A stretch of DNA of 64,000 bases, from contig JACOYE010000007.1 in the NCBI GenBank assembly GCA_016182045.1, positions 98,121-162,120 on the forward strand, read 5' to 3'. The position numbers were made by a program, and so were the translations under genes. Positions 37,201 to 45,962 of the stretch are shown piece after piece. Each line of letters opens with the position of its first letter. The first letter of the stretch is position 1. Origin of the DNA: Candidatus Microgenomates bacterium (GTDB lineage: Bacteria; Patescibacteriota; Microgenomatia; Daviesbacterales; UBA10151). The notes beneath the pieces were generated by a model. The model had not been told where the DNA came from. It made no database searches and saw only the letters and a program-made list of their open reading frames with translations.

Positions 37201-38627
37201 CCTCCTTCTGCACCGAAACTCTCGATGAAATTTTTGACATGTTCAAAAATAGCAGCTGGTGATTTACCTACAGATCCAGACCTTATCATTTGGAAAAAAG
37301 TTTCTTTTGCTATCAGAAATTGTTCCGGGGTTCGAGCAGTAACATGATAATATTTAGGATAACTGGTTGTTTCCCAATAAGTTTCCCTTTGAGCTCTACT
37401 TACTTGTTCAGGAGTAGGAACAGACCACTCACCTTCTATGTGATCTGGTTGAGGTTGACCATTACGACTCCTTTCTAATCTACGGCTAGCCCAATCAATA
37501 TATGCCTCCCCAACGCCTGCTAATTGCTGGGGAAGATTAGGATCTTCTAAGCTTCTTTCACGAAATTCTACTAAAGCTATAACTCTAGCTCTGGCAATCC
37601 CTCGCTCAAATAGAACATCTGCTTCCTCAGGAGGAATACGAGGGTTAATAATCTGTTGATATACAGTATTCAAAACCGCATCAACTTCTTTTAAAAGCCC
37701 CTGATTTTTTGCCTGTCTAAAATAGACTTGCAAATCTTTTTGGGCATCTTGCAGCTCTTGTTGGGATGTTGTATTGGCATACTGATTTCTTCTAGTCTCT
37801 ATAGACCTGTTAGGATCATTAGAATCTGGTAATGATTCAGCAGGAAAACCTTCAGCTTCTTCAGTCCCTTCAAGCTGATATTGAGCACGAAACTGCTCTA
37901 CCATTTCATTCATCTCCTGTATTGCTTGTGGCAAAGGAGGAAATTCTGGGGGCTGTAGTGGCTGACCAGGTTCTCTTTGTGCTGGTCTTGGATAAGCTTT
38001 ATGAGGGCCAAAAGGATCTGGATCGTTTCTTTCCCCACATAATGCATCTACATATTCCTTTAATTCTTGAAGTCGTTGTGCATAGACAGGGCCATTTACT
38101 TCGTTGTATCTTTCTTCATAAGTCATGGTGGTCCTGAATCTGACAATTTCTTCAACAAGCCATCTGCCTCTTTCCGGGCTGGTTTCCCATTCTGGTCCTC
38201 TGGGTGGTGGCTCCCGATCTCCACCATTCCCTCCATCTGGGGGGGGCGGGCCACCACCTCTTCTAGGTTCTCCAGGTTCAAAAGGAGGAAGCTCACCAAA
38301 ACCCGGGGGACGTTCTACTACTGGGGGTATTTCTGCTTGTTCTGAAGAAGTATCGGCAAGCGGCTGTTCTGATGTTTGCTGGGGAGCTGATGGTGGAATA
38401 TTCTCAGGAATTATTGAGGGATCTAAGGCGGATTCTGGAGCACCTTCAAAAATATGCTCAAAGGGTGGGGGTATGGGGGTTATAGGAGGCGCTGATTCTG
38501 TTGCCACTCCGCTTGCGGGTGGTACCTGTTCTCCCATTCCTACAGCATTAGGAGGAGCTAAAGTTGTCGTTGAACCTGTTTCCGCTGATGAAGCATCTGC
38601 CATGTTTATTCTTTCTACTTGGGCCAT
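34203..38627 (-). CDS. Giant hypothetical protein (1474 aa), Pro/Glu-rich N-terminus, internal repeats
   Basis: Uninterrupted 4.4-kb ORF with no recognisable domain. Confidence 0.85.
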   Translation of the reverse strand: MAQVERINMADASSAETGSTTTLAPPNAVGMGEQVPPASGVATESAPPITPIPPPFEHIFEGAPESALDPSIIPENIPPSAPQQTSEQPLADTSSEQAEIPPVVERPPGFGELPPFEPGEPRRGGGPPPPDGGNGGDREPPPRGPEWETSPERGRWLVEEIVRFRTTMTYEERYNEVNGPVYAQRLQELKEYVDALCGERNDPDPFGPHKAYPRPAQREPGQPLQPPEFPPLPQAIQEMNEMVEQFRAQYQLEGTEEAEGFPAESLPDSNDPNRSIETRRNQYANTTSQQELQDAQKDLQVYFRQAKNQGLLKEVDAVLNTVYQQIINPRIPPEEADVLFERGIARARVIALVEFRERSLEDPNLPQQLAGVGEAYIDWASRRLERSRNGQPQPDHIEGEWSVPTPEQVSRAQRETYWETTSYPKYYHVTARTPEQFLIAKETFFQMIRSGSVGKSPAAIFEHVKNFIESFGAEGGRQVREGNIDADFLEENRLELEALLYVFVGNYANEVYNPKQKKEAMVAMSLDEGPARWVALYRAGKGGVAVFTEIFDFEDVMDIYNNPVGERGELDIVAGHFKQDQIQEMVIERGMGIVLKDYDPRDEYFNSDDLQAKIDAAGDLERIKSDLRSIENDISTGRIKLKPGETAIDLLGGDNQAKRVHDQARLNAYRANLKRLGLTKSDEEFKRLYEGFDKGDYHIKNYLSYKEDQDRFAEDQSKPEDQRQYQRKYPAFADLPETIRKSIDLGRIQVQLRELRQAIIRGQIKLEKGEKAIDRLSPRDRQAYKAAYDEAAANFDIAFQMQGVLGEKARRGRGFLYVDRNPHIQYYQSVSDGLRLKWIDTDKTKVINTDALKVEEIEKIRDSLPQANRRSFEIGWMLYKMRGGESGGKRLDSFPKYWQDLYARLSPEDKHDFVDNIPTYQAENFVQWGVTWTKMKYANEPAKVRRQKVREARARLTEELRTKGYTAQLLDDELGPDGQPKPMTFKRPLGRIEPNTGQFTKFKNGEILGFNQAGKEVKLSFDNNGNPIGLEFDQDGKVIIYDKADPNDRQLVNYDNINKNTKAKLVGDTLVEEAVATFQIAAQSSDFRNRYTDHTYWYYQGNNRVTILAPRIFKVAERIRDGLSRWEDEDILATQLLIVDPTLRRVKKFEDVQQQREVALVAAAVLESFQDRQRGKHGLYRAFLPRDGYIGRMRVGYRNEDWAGMDRFTLGFVEFAAQQTSRLSRRLGAEIADAPFEHDAAGPRWGVHGLSGAVKVMADEIKKISHQGIVGQFGLTKIFEVQDKAVEMFNHSVGYVDPQTGEWVFGLYEKPTDNNETMHGYAGDAISGDLLDSATKTIPFLYKFKECFGRLTKVTHDMRVMYSATDNSAGALNLEEVEVFLSDGSFNTAIESDKDILKNNGTARNRQDAFLYGEEGRRGFYDWLQDESPGGGADVYRREKYWNSFLSKKFKIYEGGNKTTGSESIEDWLTDKII

Positions 38628-38688
38628 GGTTTGTAGAAGACAGTCCCAAAGCCCTGCTAATTTTTAGTGTAGGACTTAGGTAAGCTAA

Positions 38689-38780
38689 CTGTCAAATCCT
38701 TTCTTGGGGAAAGTTTACACTGAAGCGTTGCGAAGTGCTTGATTTATTCCTTACAAAATCCTGATATAAATGAAGCTAAA
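38689..38780. repeat. Cassette-boundary repeat A
   Basis: TGTCAAATCC...GTTTACAC-N14-GTGCTTGATTT...AATCCTGA. Confidence 0.75.
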
Positions 38781-40052
38781 CTAATTATTGAGAGGATCTA
38801 ATAACCATTTAAACATTGGAATTACCTTAATTTTGCCATTTTCAAAATCTACACTATCCTCATCTTCAGTTAATATCACTGCAGAATTTATGTTAAGTTC
38901 TTGCATAGCTGCTATTAAAGCCTTAACTTCTCTTTTTTGTGTCTCTTCATCCGCCAGACTTTGACAAACCTGAATTAAAATTTTTTGTTTAGGAAGATAA
39001 AAATCAACTTCTAAATCATTCTGAGTTGTGTAATAATAAATTTCTTCAAACAGTCTTCTTAGGGTTAAGAATACTAGATTTTCCAAAAGTTTGCCTCTAT
39101 TTTCAGAAAAAGAAAATGCCACTGATTTTATTAAACCTGTGTCGATGGCATAAATCTTTTTATTGGCAATTTGCTGTTTTTTGATAGAAAAAGCAAATTT
39201 ATTGATAGTAAACATCAACCAGCTGGTTTGTAGATAATCAATATAGTTTTTAACAGTGTTAACACTACCTAATTTAAGAAGTTCTTTTAACTTATTAAAT
39301 GAAACCAGAGAAGATATATTGCTGATCAAATAAAAACTTAGTTCTTTTAAAGCTTTAGTTTCTTCTATCTTGTAGCGTACAGCCACATCTCTGTAAATCA
39401 CATCATCATATAAAGTTTTGTGTAAGTTAATCTCAGGATACTTTAAGGCATCAGGTATACCCCCAGTGACTATATAATCATTAAAATATCTTTTCAGCTT
39501 GCTCTTTTGTAAGGTGGTTAAATAAGCTAAATTGGGCGTTTTCTGTTGTTTAAATGCTAAAAACTCTGCAAATGAAAATGGGAAAAGTTCAATCGGTGTA
39601 TACCTACCGGTAAGTTTGGTTCCCAGTTCTTTACTAAGTAAAGCAGCATTTGAGCCGGTGATATAAAACTTGCAGCCTTCATCAATCATCCGACGGACAA
39701 ATCTCTCCCAACCTATAACATTTTGTACTTCATCTAATAAAAATATCTTTCTTTGTCCAAAGAATTCCAGTTGGGTCTCATATAAGAGATTAAAATCATC
39801 TGCAGTAAAATTTAAAAATCTTTCATCTTCAAAGTTGACAAAATAATAGTCATCCGACGAATAAAATTTGTGGGCAATTTGAGCAAGCAGTGTAGATTTA
39901 CCAACTCGTCGTAAACCAGAAATTACTACGGCATAAGAAGAATTTGCATACTTTTTAATTTGAATAAGATTTTCTCTGGTTACTCCTAATTCTTTCTTTT
40001 TGAATTGCTCTGACTGATCCAATAACAAAGTTTTCAGTAAATCCTTTTTCAT
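38781..40052 (-). CDS. AAA_14/DUF4143 ATPase
   Basis: GLRRVGKS, LDEVQ, TGSN and EVDF motifs. TTGACA-17-TATAAT promoter at 40091-40063. Confidence 0.9.
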   Translation of the reverse strand: MKKDLLKTLLLDQSEQFKKKELGVTRENLIQIKKYANSSYAVVISGLRRVGKSTLLAQIAHKFYSSDDYYFVNFEDERFLNFTADDFNLLYETQLEFFGQRKIFLLDEVQNVIGWERFVRRMIDEGCKFYITGSNAALLSKELGTKLTGRYTPIELFPFSFAEFLAFKQQKTPNLAYLTTLQKSKLKRYFNDYIVTGGIPDALKYPEINLHKTLYDDVIYRDVAVRYKIEETKALKELSFYLISNISSLVSFNKLKELLKLGSVNTVKNYIDYLQTSWLMFTINKFAFSIKKQQIANKKIYAIDTGLIKSVAFSFSENRGKLLENLVFLTLRRLFEEIYYYTTQNDLEVDFYLPKQKILIQVCQSLADEETQKREVKALIAAMQELNINSAVILTEDEDSVDFENGKIKVIPMFKWLLDPLNN

Positions 40053-40135
40053 CGTCAGTGAAATTATAACTAATAAAGTTTTCACTGTCAATGAAAACTT
40101 AGGACTGATTTTAGTTTAGAGCTTTGTTAAACTTA

Positions 40136-40276
40136 CTGTCAATCCTTCGACTCAGTTTACCCTGAGCTTGTCGAAGGGCTCAGGATTATAATCTCCTTTC
40201 TGGGGTAAGTTTACACTTCGACTACGCTCAATGCTTGATTAAATTCTAATATAATCCTGACGGGATGGAGGTTAAA
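40136..40276. repeat. Cassette-boundary repeat B, with a nested REP insertion
   Basis: Same motif as A plus TCCTTCGACTC[...CCTGAGCTTGTCGAAGG]GCTCAGGA. Confidence 0.75.
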
Positions 40277-40294
40277 CTTTACTCTTAAAATATA

Positions 40295-40573
40295 CTACTC
40301 CTCTTTGCCATACAAATCATCATGAGTTCCTAAGGCTGAAAAATATGCTATAGTTTCTTCTCCGCTACTTACTTCCTCATAAAATGCTCTATAATCTGCT
40401 GTTATATCAATACTCCTAAAACCTAAATAATGCTCTCGTAAAGGATGATTATTAAGCTGTGGATCATTAGGATCTTTCAAGAATACTCTGATCCGAGTCT
40501 CAAAATTTTTGCGGATTCTAACATTGACCTTTTTAAGCTTTTTCAAGAAATCAGGGTCATATTGAATCTTCAT
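40295..40573 (-). CDS. RelE/YafQ-like toxin
   Basis: LNNHPL...RSIDITADYRA...LGTHDDLY. Confidence 0.9.
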   Translation of the reverse strand: MKIQYDPDFLKKLKKVNVRIRKNFETRIRVFLKDPNDPQLNNHPLREHYLGFRSIDITADYRAFYEEVSSGEETIAYFSALGTHDDLYGKEE

Positions 40574-40857
40574 ATACCCTGTTTTTTAAGATAAGCAATT
40601 GCATCCTCAGCATTATCAAAAACAGGAGAACCTTTTCCTTCTTTTCTATTTTTCTGTGCTTGCTGCAATGTTTTAATGAGATACTCACTGGGCTCTCCGT
40701 TTCCATATACACTAAAACTAACAGTTTTTGTCTTGATGAATTGCTTTAAAAAGGCCTTGATAATAACGGATAAAGGCATGCCAAGAGCTTCAGCTGTTAT
40801 CTGTGCTTCTTTTTTAGTTCGTGGATCAATTTTGGTAGTAATTACTGCATAACTCAT
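40570..40857 (-). CDS. RelB/DinJ antitoxin
   Basis: TKIDPRTKKEAQ...LGMPLSVIIKAFL. Confidence 0.87.
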   Translation of the reverse strand: MSYAVITTKIDPRTKKEAQITAEALGMPLSVIIKAFLKQFIKTKTVSFSVYGNGEPSEYLIKTLQQAQKNRKEGKGSPVFDNAEDAIAYLKKQGI

Positions 40858-40891
40858 GGTATTCCATAGTATATACAATAGCATATACTTT

Positions 40892-40950
40892 TGTCAAATT
40901 TTGTGCTTGATTTAATTCTAATGAAATCCTGACGGGATGGAGGTTAAAAA
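40892..40950. repeat. Cassette-boundary repeat C
   Basis: GTGCTTGATTTAATTCTAATGAAATCCTGACGGGATGGAGGTTAAA, near-identical to the 3' part of B. Confidence 0.8.
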
Positions 40951-42210
40951 CTATTTAAGCTTTGACTGTTCTAAAAGCGCATGAAATGGAAGAACATAAA
41001 TCTTAGTCTTATCTATTACTGCCTCTTGTTTATCGCCAAGATGAATAAGGTATGCTTTTTTTGGCTTATATTTTCTCAAAAAACTTCTGAAAGAGCGAGG
41101 CATTTCTAATTTTGACATCCTTTTATGTTTTGCTTCTAGCGGCACTGCCTCCAAACCTGTAACAAGAATAAAGTCAACCTCAGCCCTATCTCGTGTCCGC
41201 CAAAAATGAATTTGAGTCGGACTCATATCAAATTGCTCCCTAAGCATATTGAAAATGAGATTTTCAAATAAGTGCCCACTTAAAGGTTGCGGTATTCGTG
41301 GCAAACCAAACAGTCCCAGCAGAAAGTTACGAAGTCCAATATCATAAAAATAATATACCGGAGATTTACTAATCTCTTTTCTGACATTCCGGTAATACGG
41401 GCTCACCTTCTTAATTATGAATGTTTTCTCTAAATACCATAGGTAGTGTTGGACTGTTTTATCAGCGATCCCAATAGTTGAAGAAAGCTCGGTAGTATTG
41501 ACCAAGCTGCCGATTTGAGAGGCAATAACCTTAAGCAGGTTAGTAAAAGCTTCTTCTTTCTCAATATTGAGTAGTTTTTTAATATCCTGCTCGATATAGC
41601 TTTTATAGATTTCCTCCATTGCACTTTGTTTTTTCCATACAGTATCAGAGAGAATAACTTGAGGATAACCACCAAAAACCATATATTCCTCAAGAAACCG
41701 CTGCGTCTTGTCTTTCTCCAGGGCAAAAAACTCCCCTAATCTATCTTCATACCTATACTCTGTCCTAAAGTTAATAAATTCCTTTAAACTAATTGGATCA
41801 ATGCTAAACATCCTCTTGCGCCCGGCCATAGATTCGGAGATTTTAGCTTTTAACTCTAAGCTACCCGAACCTGAGATGATAAACTTATACGGTAAGTTCA
41901 TATCAGCAATACCTTTTAAGAAAAGTTCTGCGTTTTCTTTACGTTGAATCTCGTCAATAAACACATAGGCTTTCTCTTTACCAACTTGAAGTTCGATGTA
42001 TGAAATTAACTGACCTTGGGAATCAAAAAAGGGCCTGTGATCATCTATATCAAGGTTTAAAAAAAGAGTTTTCTCTCCTTTTGCCTTTAGTTTACCTTCC
42101 AAATACTTCATCAGGTAAGTTTTCCCTACCTGTCTGGGCCCAATGAGGATTGTCATTTCTTTTTCTGTAAGATGTCCTTCTAAAGCCTGGGTTATCGTTC
42201 TTTTGATCAT
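40951..42210 (-). CDS. AAA_14/DUF4143 ATPase
   Basis: GPRQVGKT, IDEIQ, SGSGS, EVDF and EAK motifs. Confidence 0.9.
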   Translation of the reverse strand: MIKRTITQALEGHLTEKEMTILIGPRQVGKTYLMKYLEGKLKAKGEKTLFLNLDIDDHRPFFDSQGQLISYIELQVGKEKAYVFIDEIQRKENAELFLKGIADMNLPYKFIISGSGSLELKAKISESMAGRKRMFSIDPISLKEFINFRTEYRYEDRLGEFFALEKDKTQRFLEEYMVFGGYPQVILSDTVWKKQSAMEEIYKSYIEQDIKKLLNIEKEEAFTNLLKVIASQIGSLVNTTELSSTIGIADKTVQHYLWYLEKTFIIKKVSPYYRNVRKEISKSPVYYFYDIGLRNFLLGLFGLPRIPQPLSGHLFENLIFNMLREQFDMSPTQIHFWRTRDRAEVDFILVTGLEAVPLEAKHKRMSKLEMPRSFRSFLRKYKPKKAYLIHLGDKQEAVIDKTKIYVLPFHALLEQSKLK

Positions 42211-42309
42211 ATACTACTATTTTAGTACCGAATTTCTAGAAGTCAAGTAGTAAAATTATCGGGTAAGAGTAGTTGGTTTGTATCCGGCATAGAATTTCCC
42301 AAACTTCTT

Positions 42310-42393
42310 TGTCAAATCCTGATCAGTTTACACTAAGCGATGCGTAAGTGCTTGATTTCATTCTGATGGAATCCTAACGAAATTACGGCTATA
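42310..42393. repeat. Cassette-boundary repeat D
   Basis: TGTCAAATCCT...GTTTACAC-N14-GTGCTTGATTTCATTCT...AATCCT. Confidence 0.7.
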
Positions 42394-42398
42394 TTGTA

Positions 42399-42839
42399 TT
42401 AAGTGAGATTTGCTGCCAAAGTAAATCCGAGTTTAGAATACCAATCATCCATAGAGAAAATAACATCAGTATTTAATTTTTTGGCAGTTGCTACAACCAG
42501 TGCATCAAAGACTGTTTTTTTCTTGCTACCTTTTGGGTCAAATACTTTTAAAGCCTCCTTAAGTAAATCTACATCTGTATTTTCTATTGATAACGACCCA
42601 TCTGTTATTCTCTCCACAATCTTAGCAGCAATATCTGACCTTTTAAGTTTTCGTATCAGTGTCGTGATAGTTTCCGTAATTGTGGTTAGGGGAAAAACTG
42701 TTTGAGCATCATGCTGTAATAGTTTGGCAACGGTTTCAACGGCTTTCTGATGACTTTTGTCTTCTTCGTGCAAAATAGCAATTAAAGCATCAGTGTCTCC
42801 TACCACAATCAGTTGTTTTTTAATCCCAGGTGTACTCAT
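42399..42839 (-). CDS. PIN (VapC-like) toxin
   Basis: GDTDALIA, TET, VFDA and FSMD motifs. Confidence 0.85.
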   Translation of the reverse strand: MSTPGIKKQLIVVGDTDALIAILHEEDKSHQKAVETVAKLLQHDAQTVFPLTTITETITTLIRKLKRSDIAAKIVERITDGSLSIENTDVDLLKEALKVFDPKGSKKKTVFDALVVATAKKLNTDVIFSMDDWYSKLGFTLAANLT

Positions 42840-43092
42840 CATGTTTTTCAGATAAATCAGCTGGTAAACCACTCCCCTTGGGAATAATACCAGCCAGATC
42901 CAGGAGTACTTTGGTAGATTGCTTATTCTTCAAACTCTTGAGTCTTTCCAAATCATCTAATGAAACAATTGCCACCTGCGGTTTTCTTTTGGAAACCACT
43001 ATAGCAGGCTGCCTGGTTTTCTTGACTTTATCAAAGACTCTCCGGTAGTTTCTAAGAATATCTCTGGCAGTTACAATTGTGGTATCCAACAT
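42820..43092 (-). CDS. Phd/YefM antitoxin
   Basis: TARDI...KPQVAIVSLDD. Confidence 0.85.
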   Translation of the reverse strand: MLDTTIVTARDILRNYRRVFDKVKKTRQPAIVVSKRKPQVAIVSLDDLERLKSLKNKQSTKVLLDLAGIIPKGSGLPADLSEKHDEYTWD

Positions 43093-43114
43093 ATAAAAAC
43101 ATAATACACTATTT

Positions 43115-43468
43115 CTACATATTTGTCAAGTAATTTTTTGACATTTCTATTGACATTTGGAGAGGAGTTAAATTTAATCCTGGTATTACCTTTTTTTTGC
43201 ACAGGTGCAGGCTGGAGCTACTCCTGCCGCATTCATCACATCTATCCCATCCACCGCTGCCGCCCCCAGAATGTTCTGACCAACTCCCATTCCCACTCCC
43301 ATAGCCTCCATGAGAAGTTCTGATCTGATGAGAAGATCCAGTAGTCTGTAATCTAAAACGACCTCTACCTCTAGGGATGGTTAATGGCAACTTATCTAGT
43401 GGCTCAACTGGTAATGGACTGGTCTCGGCCACTGAGACAGCTTCTGGAACAATGGCTTCTTTAGACAT
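43115..43468 (-). CDS. Hypothetical Gly/Ser-rich protein with CxxC
   Basis: ORF track; low-complexity sequence, CDECG...HLC. Confidence 0.45.
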   Translation of the reverse strand: MSKEAIVPEAVSVAETSPLPVEPLDKLPLTIPRGRGRFRLQTTGSSHQIRTSHGGYGSGNGSWSEHSGGGSGGWDRCDECGRSSSSLHLCKKKVIPGLNLTPLQMSIEMSKNYLTNM

Positions 43469-43547
43469 ACCTTACATTCCGCAATCGCGGCTGATACAAA
43501 ACTTATTTTAAAGTATCAATTATCATTTTGGCAAGTAGACTATCTAA

Positions 43548-43922
43548 TTAAGCTTTTAAGGCTTTAATATGATATTTCAGTATTTTCTCATCAACAGTAA
43601 TTAGAGTTAATTTCTCTACTTTTGCTTGAGCTATTATGATTCTATCAAATGGGTCTTTATGATAATCCTCTAATACCTCAATTTCTAGAACATGGTCAAT
43701 ATTAATTGGAAGTATAGTAAACAGGCTTTTTTTAATCCCACCTGCAATATCTCTTGGAACTTTCAAACCTTTTCTCTTTTTTATAATAATCTCCCAGACA
43801 GTTGCAACAGAAACAAATACCATATTATTTGGGTCAGAAATTACCTTCTGAAAAGCTTTAGAGAATCTAGTGCTTTTCTCCATAGCCCAAATAAAAACTT
43901 GGGTATCAAGGAGATAATTCAT
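43548..43922 (-). CDS. VapC PIN toxin
   Basis: LLDTQVFIW and HKDPFDR motifs. Confidence 0.93.
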   Translation of the reverse strand: MNYLLDTQVFIWAMEKSTRFSKAFQKVISDPNNMVFVSVATVWEIIIKKRKGLKVPRDIAGGIKKSLFTILPINIDHVLEIEVLEDYHKDPFDRIIIAQAKVEKLTLITVDEKILKYHIKALKA

Positions 43923-44171
43923 TTAAATATCACCTTCATAAAATAGTTTATTTATTTCCTCATCCTCTTTATCGAAATCTTTAGGAACCCAAACTTTACC
44001 TTTCCATAATCCCAATTTGCGGGGTTTTAACTTTTCTTTATAAGGACTAAGTTTAGCCACAGGTTTGCCTGCTTTGGCAATAATAACCTCCTCCCCTTTG
44101 GAGGTTTTTTCAATAAGTTTAGACAGGTTTGTTTTAGCATCGTGAATGTTTACAACTTGCATGGTAATCAT
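43923..44171 (-). CDS. Phd/YefM antitoxin
   Basis: NIHDAKTNLSKLI...IAKAGKPVAKL. Confidence 0.93.
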   Translation of the reverse strand: MITMQVVNIHDAKTNLSKLIEKTSKGEEVIIAKAGKPVAKLSPYKEKLKPRKLGLWKGKVWVPKDFDKEDEEINKLFYEGDI

Positions 44172-44200
44172 ATCTTAGCTAACTTAGCTAACTTTGTCAA

Positions 44201-44225
44201 CCACGTTCATTTTACATGAACGTGG
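44201..44225. repeat. Palindromic element (copy of 16679-16703)
   Basis: CCACGTTCA-TTTTACA-TGAACGTGG. Confidence 0.7.
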
Positions 44226-44232
44226 TCAATAC

Positions 44233-45621
44233 TTAAATTAACATCCCGCCGCATTTATAACAATCTTCGGTACAATAGTTTACTTCACCACAACTGAGGC
44301 AACTTTTACCCTTTTTGCCATTTTCTCCTCCAAAAATTCCACTAAAACGATTGATAATTCCCAGGATAAAACCTGCCGTCACGCTTAAAACATTCCCTAA
44401 AGAAAAACCGCCTCCAATTGAAAATCCTCCTGATAAACCGCATCCAACCGCTACTGCTCTGACAGCCTGGTGGCCTAACCAGTTAATTTCTTCCCATAAA
44501 CTTCTAAAAACAGGCATTAGCTTATGAGTTACAGCTGAAACTGAACTTAAAATTCTATCTTTTATTCCTGTTATCCTTTTCCACATATAATCTGCTCCGT
44601 TTAAAACTGCATTTAAGGTAATTGCCACCTTTTCCGGGCTAAAGATTGAGTCACAAATTGCACTCACCAAAAATTGCATCCTCGCTGTACCTTCCTGAGT
44701 AATTTTCTGAAACTCCTCTTCTTTTAAAGCATTTTTTATTGGTATTAAAATCTCGCTATTGCCCCCTATAATAGGGTTAGCGAGCAACCACTGATCAATT
44801 GGAATATCAACACCATCAAAATAATCCGGCCTTGAAGCAGTTATTATCTCTTCTGCCTGTTCATAACTTAAATCTGAAGCAAACCTAGTCATTTGAACTA
44901 TTCTTCTTTGAGTAAATGGGTCTTCTAAAAGCTCATAACGATCTCGGAAATTATCTTTAAATATAGTATCTTTTACTAAACCTGGTCCTGAAACAACTCC
45001 AGCTTTTAAGCTTATCTGAGCATTGGGATCTGCAAAAGCTTCCTGTATTTTTAAAATACCGATCCTTTCCTGCTCCATTCTTGAAACATCAGGTGATCCT
45101 AGTTGCTTGTAATATTCAATTCCGATTGTTAAAACATCCTCAAAAGCCTGGTTAGGTAAGTCTCTGCTTCTTAATTTACCATCATCGTCAATATCATAGA
45201 TAACAATACTGGTAGCTACATGATACCTTTCTCTTAGAGCTGTTTCTATTTGTTTTATTTCATATAATTTAAACTGCTCTCTTTCCTCTTCGGTTTGCAG
45301 CTGCTCAAATGCGGCTCTTTCCAAAACAGGATTATAATTTCTGATTACCCCTCTTTCTCTTATTCCCAATCTGCTATCAAAAAAACTTTGCAATCTTGCT
45401 ACCCTTATTAAATATTCTTCTATATCCAGGCGGCTTTCTTTTTGTGACTTAGGAGCTTCTGTAGGGGCTGTAATTCGCTCTGTTGGTTGCGCGATAACTA
45501 TTGTATTGTCAAATGAGAAATTTGGCTCATATCTTCCGCCTACATCTGGTTGTACTAAAATATCAATTTCTTTAAAAGTAGATATTGGTGAATGTTCAGC
45601 TGCTTCTGTTCTCATAGCCAT
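44233..45621 (-). CDS. Hypothetical protein with Gly-rich hydrophobic segment and C-terminal Zn ribbon, downstream of a riboswitch
   Basis: GCGLSGGFS...CLSC..CTEDCYKC. Confidence 0.75.
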   Translation of the reverse strand: MAMRTEAAEHSPISTFKEIDILVQPDVGGRYEPNFSFDNTIVIAQPTERITAPTEAPKSQKESRLDIEEYLIRVARLQSFFDSRLGIRERGVIRNYNPVLERAAFEQLQTEEEREQFKLYEIKQIETALRERYHVATSIVIYDIDDDGKLRSRDLPNQAFEDVLTIGIEYYKQLGSPDVSRMEQERIGILKIQEAFADPNAQISLKAGVVSGPGLVKDTIFKDNFRDRYELLEDPFTQRRIVQMTRFASDLSYEQAEEIITASRPDYFDGVDIPIDQWLLANPIIGGNSEILIPIKNALKEEEFQKITQEGTARMQFLVSAICDSIFSPEKVAITLNAVLNGADYMWKRITGIKDRILSSVSAVTHKLMPVFRSLWEEINWLGHQAVRAVAVGCGLSGGFSIGGGFSLGNVLSVTAGFILGIINRFSGIFGGENGKKGKSCLSCGEVNYCTEDCYKCGGMLI

Positions 45622-45622
45622 T

Positions 45623-45645
45623 AAAAAACCCTCTCTTCGAGGGTT
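45623..45645 (-). terminator. Intrinsic terminator of the riboswitch expression platform
   Basis: AACCCTC-GAAGA-GAGGGTT-TTTT. Upstream TCTCTTCGAG (45670-45661) can pair with CTCGAAGAGA as an antiterminator. Confidence 0.75.
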
Positions 45646-45672
45646 AAGTTTACTCTTTGACTCGAAGAGATA

Positions 45673-45776
45673 TTAAAGGAACCCAGGCAGCCCGACTGTA
45701 ACGGTTACGGCATAGTGATAGAATTACACTATCTTCCCCTGGAAAAGATTAGTCTGATCCAATCTGTCCCCTTTAA
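45673..45776 (-). promoter_or_regulatory. Cobalamin-type (compact, class II-like) riboswitch
   Basis: P1 TTAAAGG/CCTTTAA, P3 CCAGG/CCTGG, GGGAA, T-loop hairpin GATAG-TGTAATT-CTATC, B12-box-like CCGTAACCGT...AGTCGG. Confidence 0.7.
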
Positions 45777-45962
45777 ATTGTAAATTCAGCTTAAATTAAG
45801 TCAGAATCTTTGTCAATCCACCAGATGTTGTATCAATACCTTGTAGTTACTCACAGAAATGGTGGGGATTGTGCTTAAATGATCCTTTTTGTACCCCTAG
45901 ACTCATTAATTTTCACGCAGTAGGATAACTCATAGTTAGCAGAAAGAAACGGTCCCTAATTT

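Noticed and set aside
38125-38667. 180-aa Gly/Pro/Ser ORF on the + strand
   Set aside because: Antisense shadow of the Pro-rich N-terminus of the 1474-aa gene.
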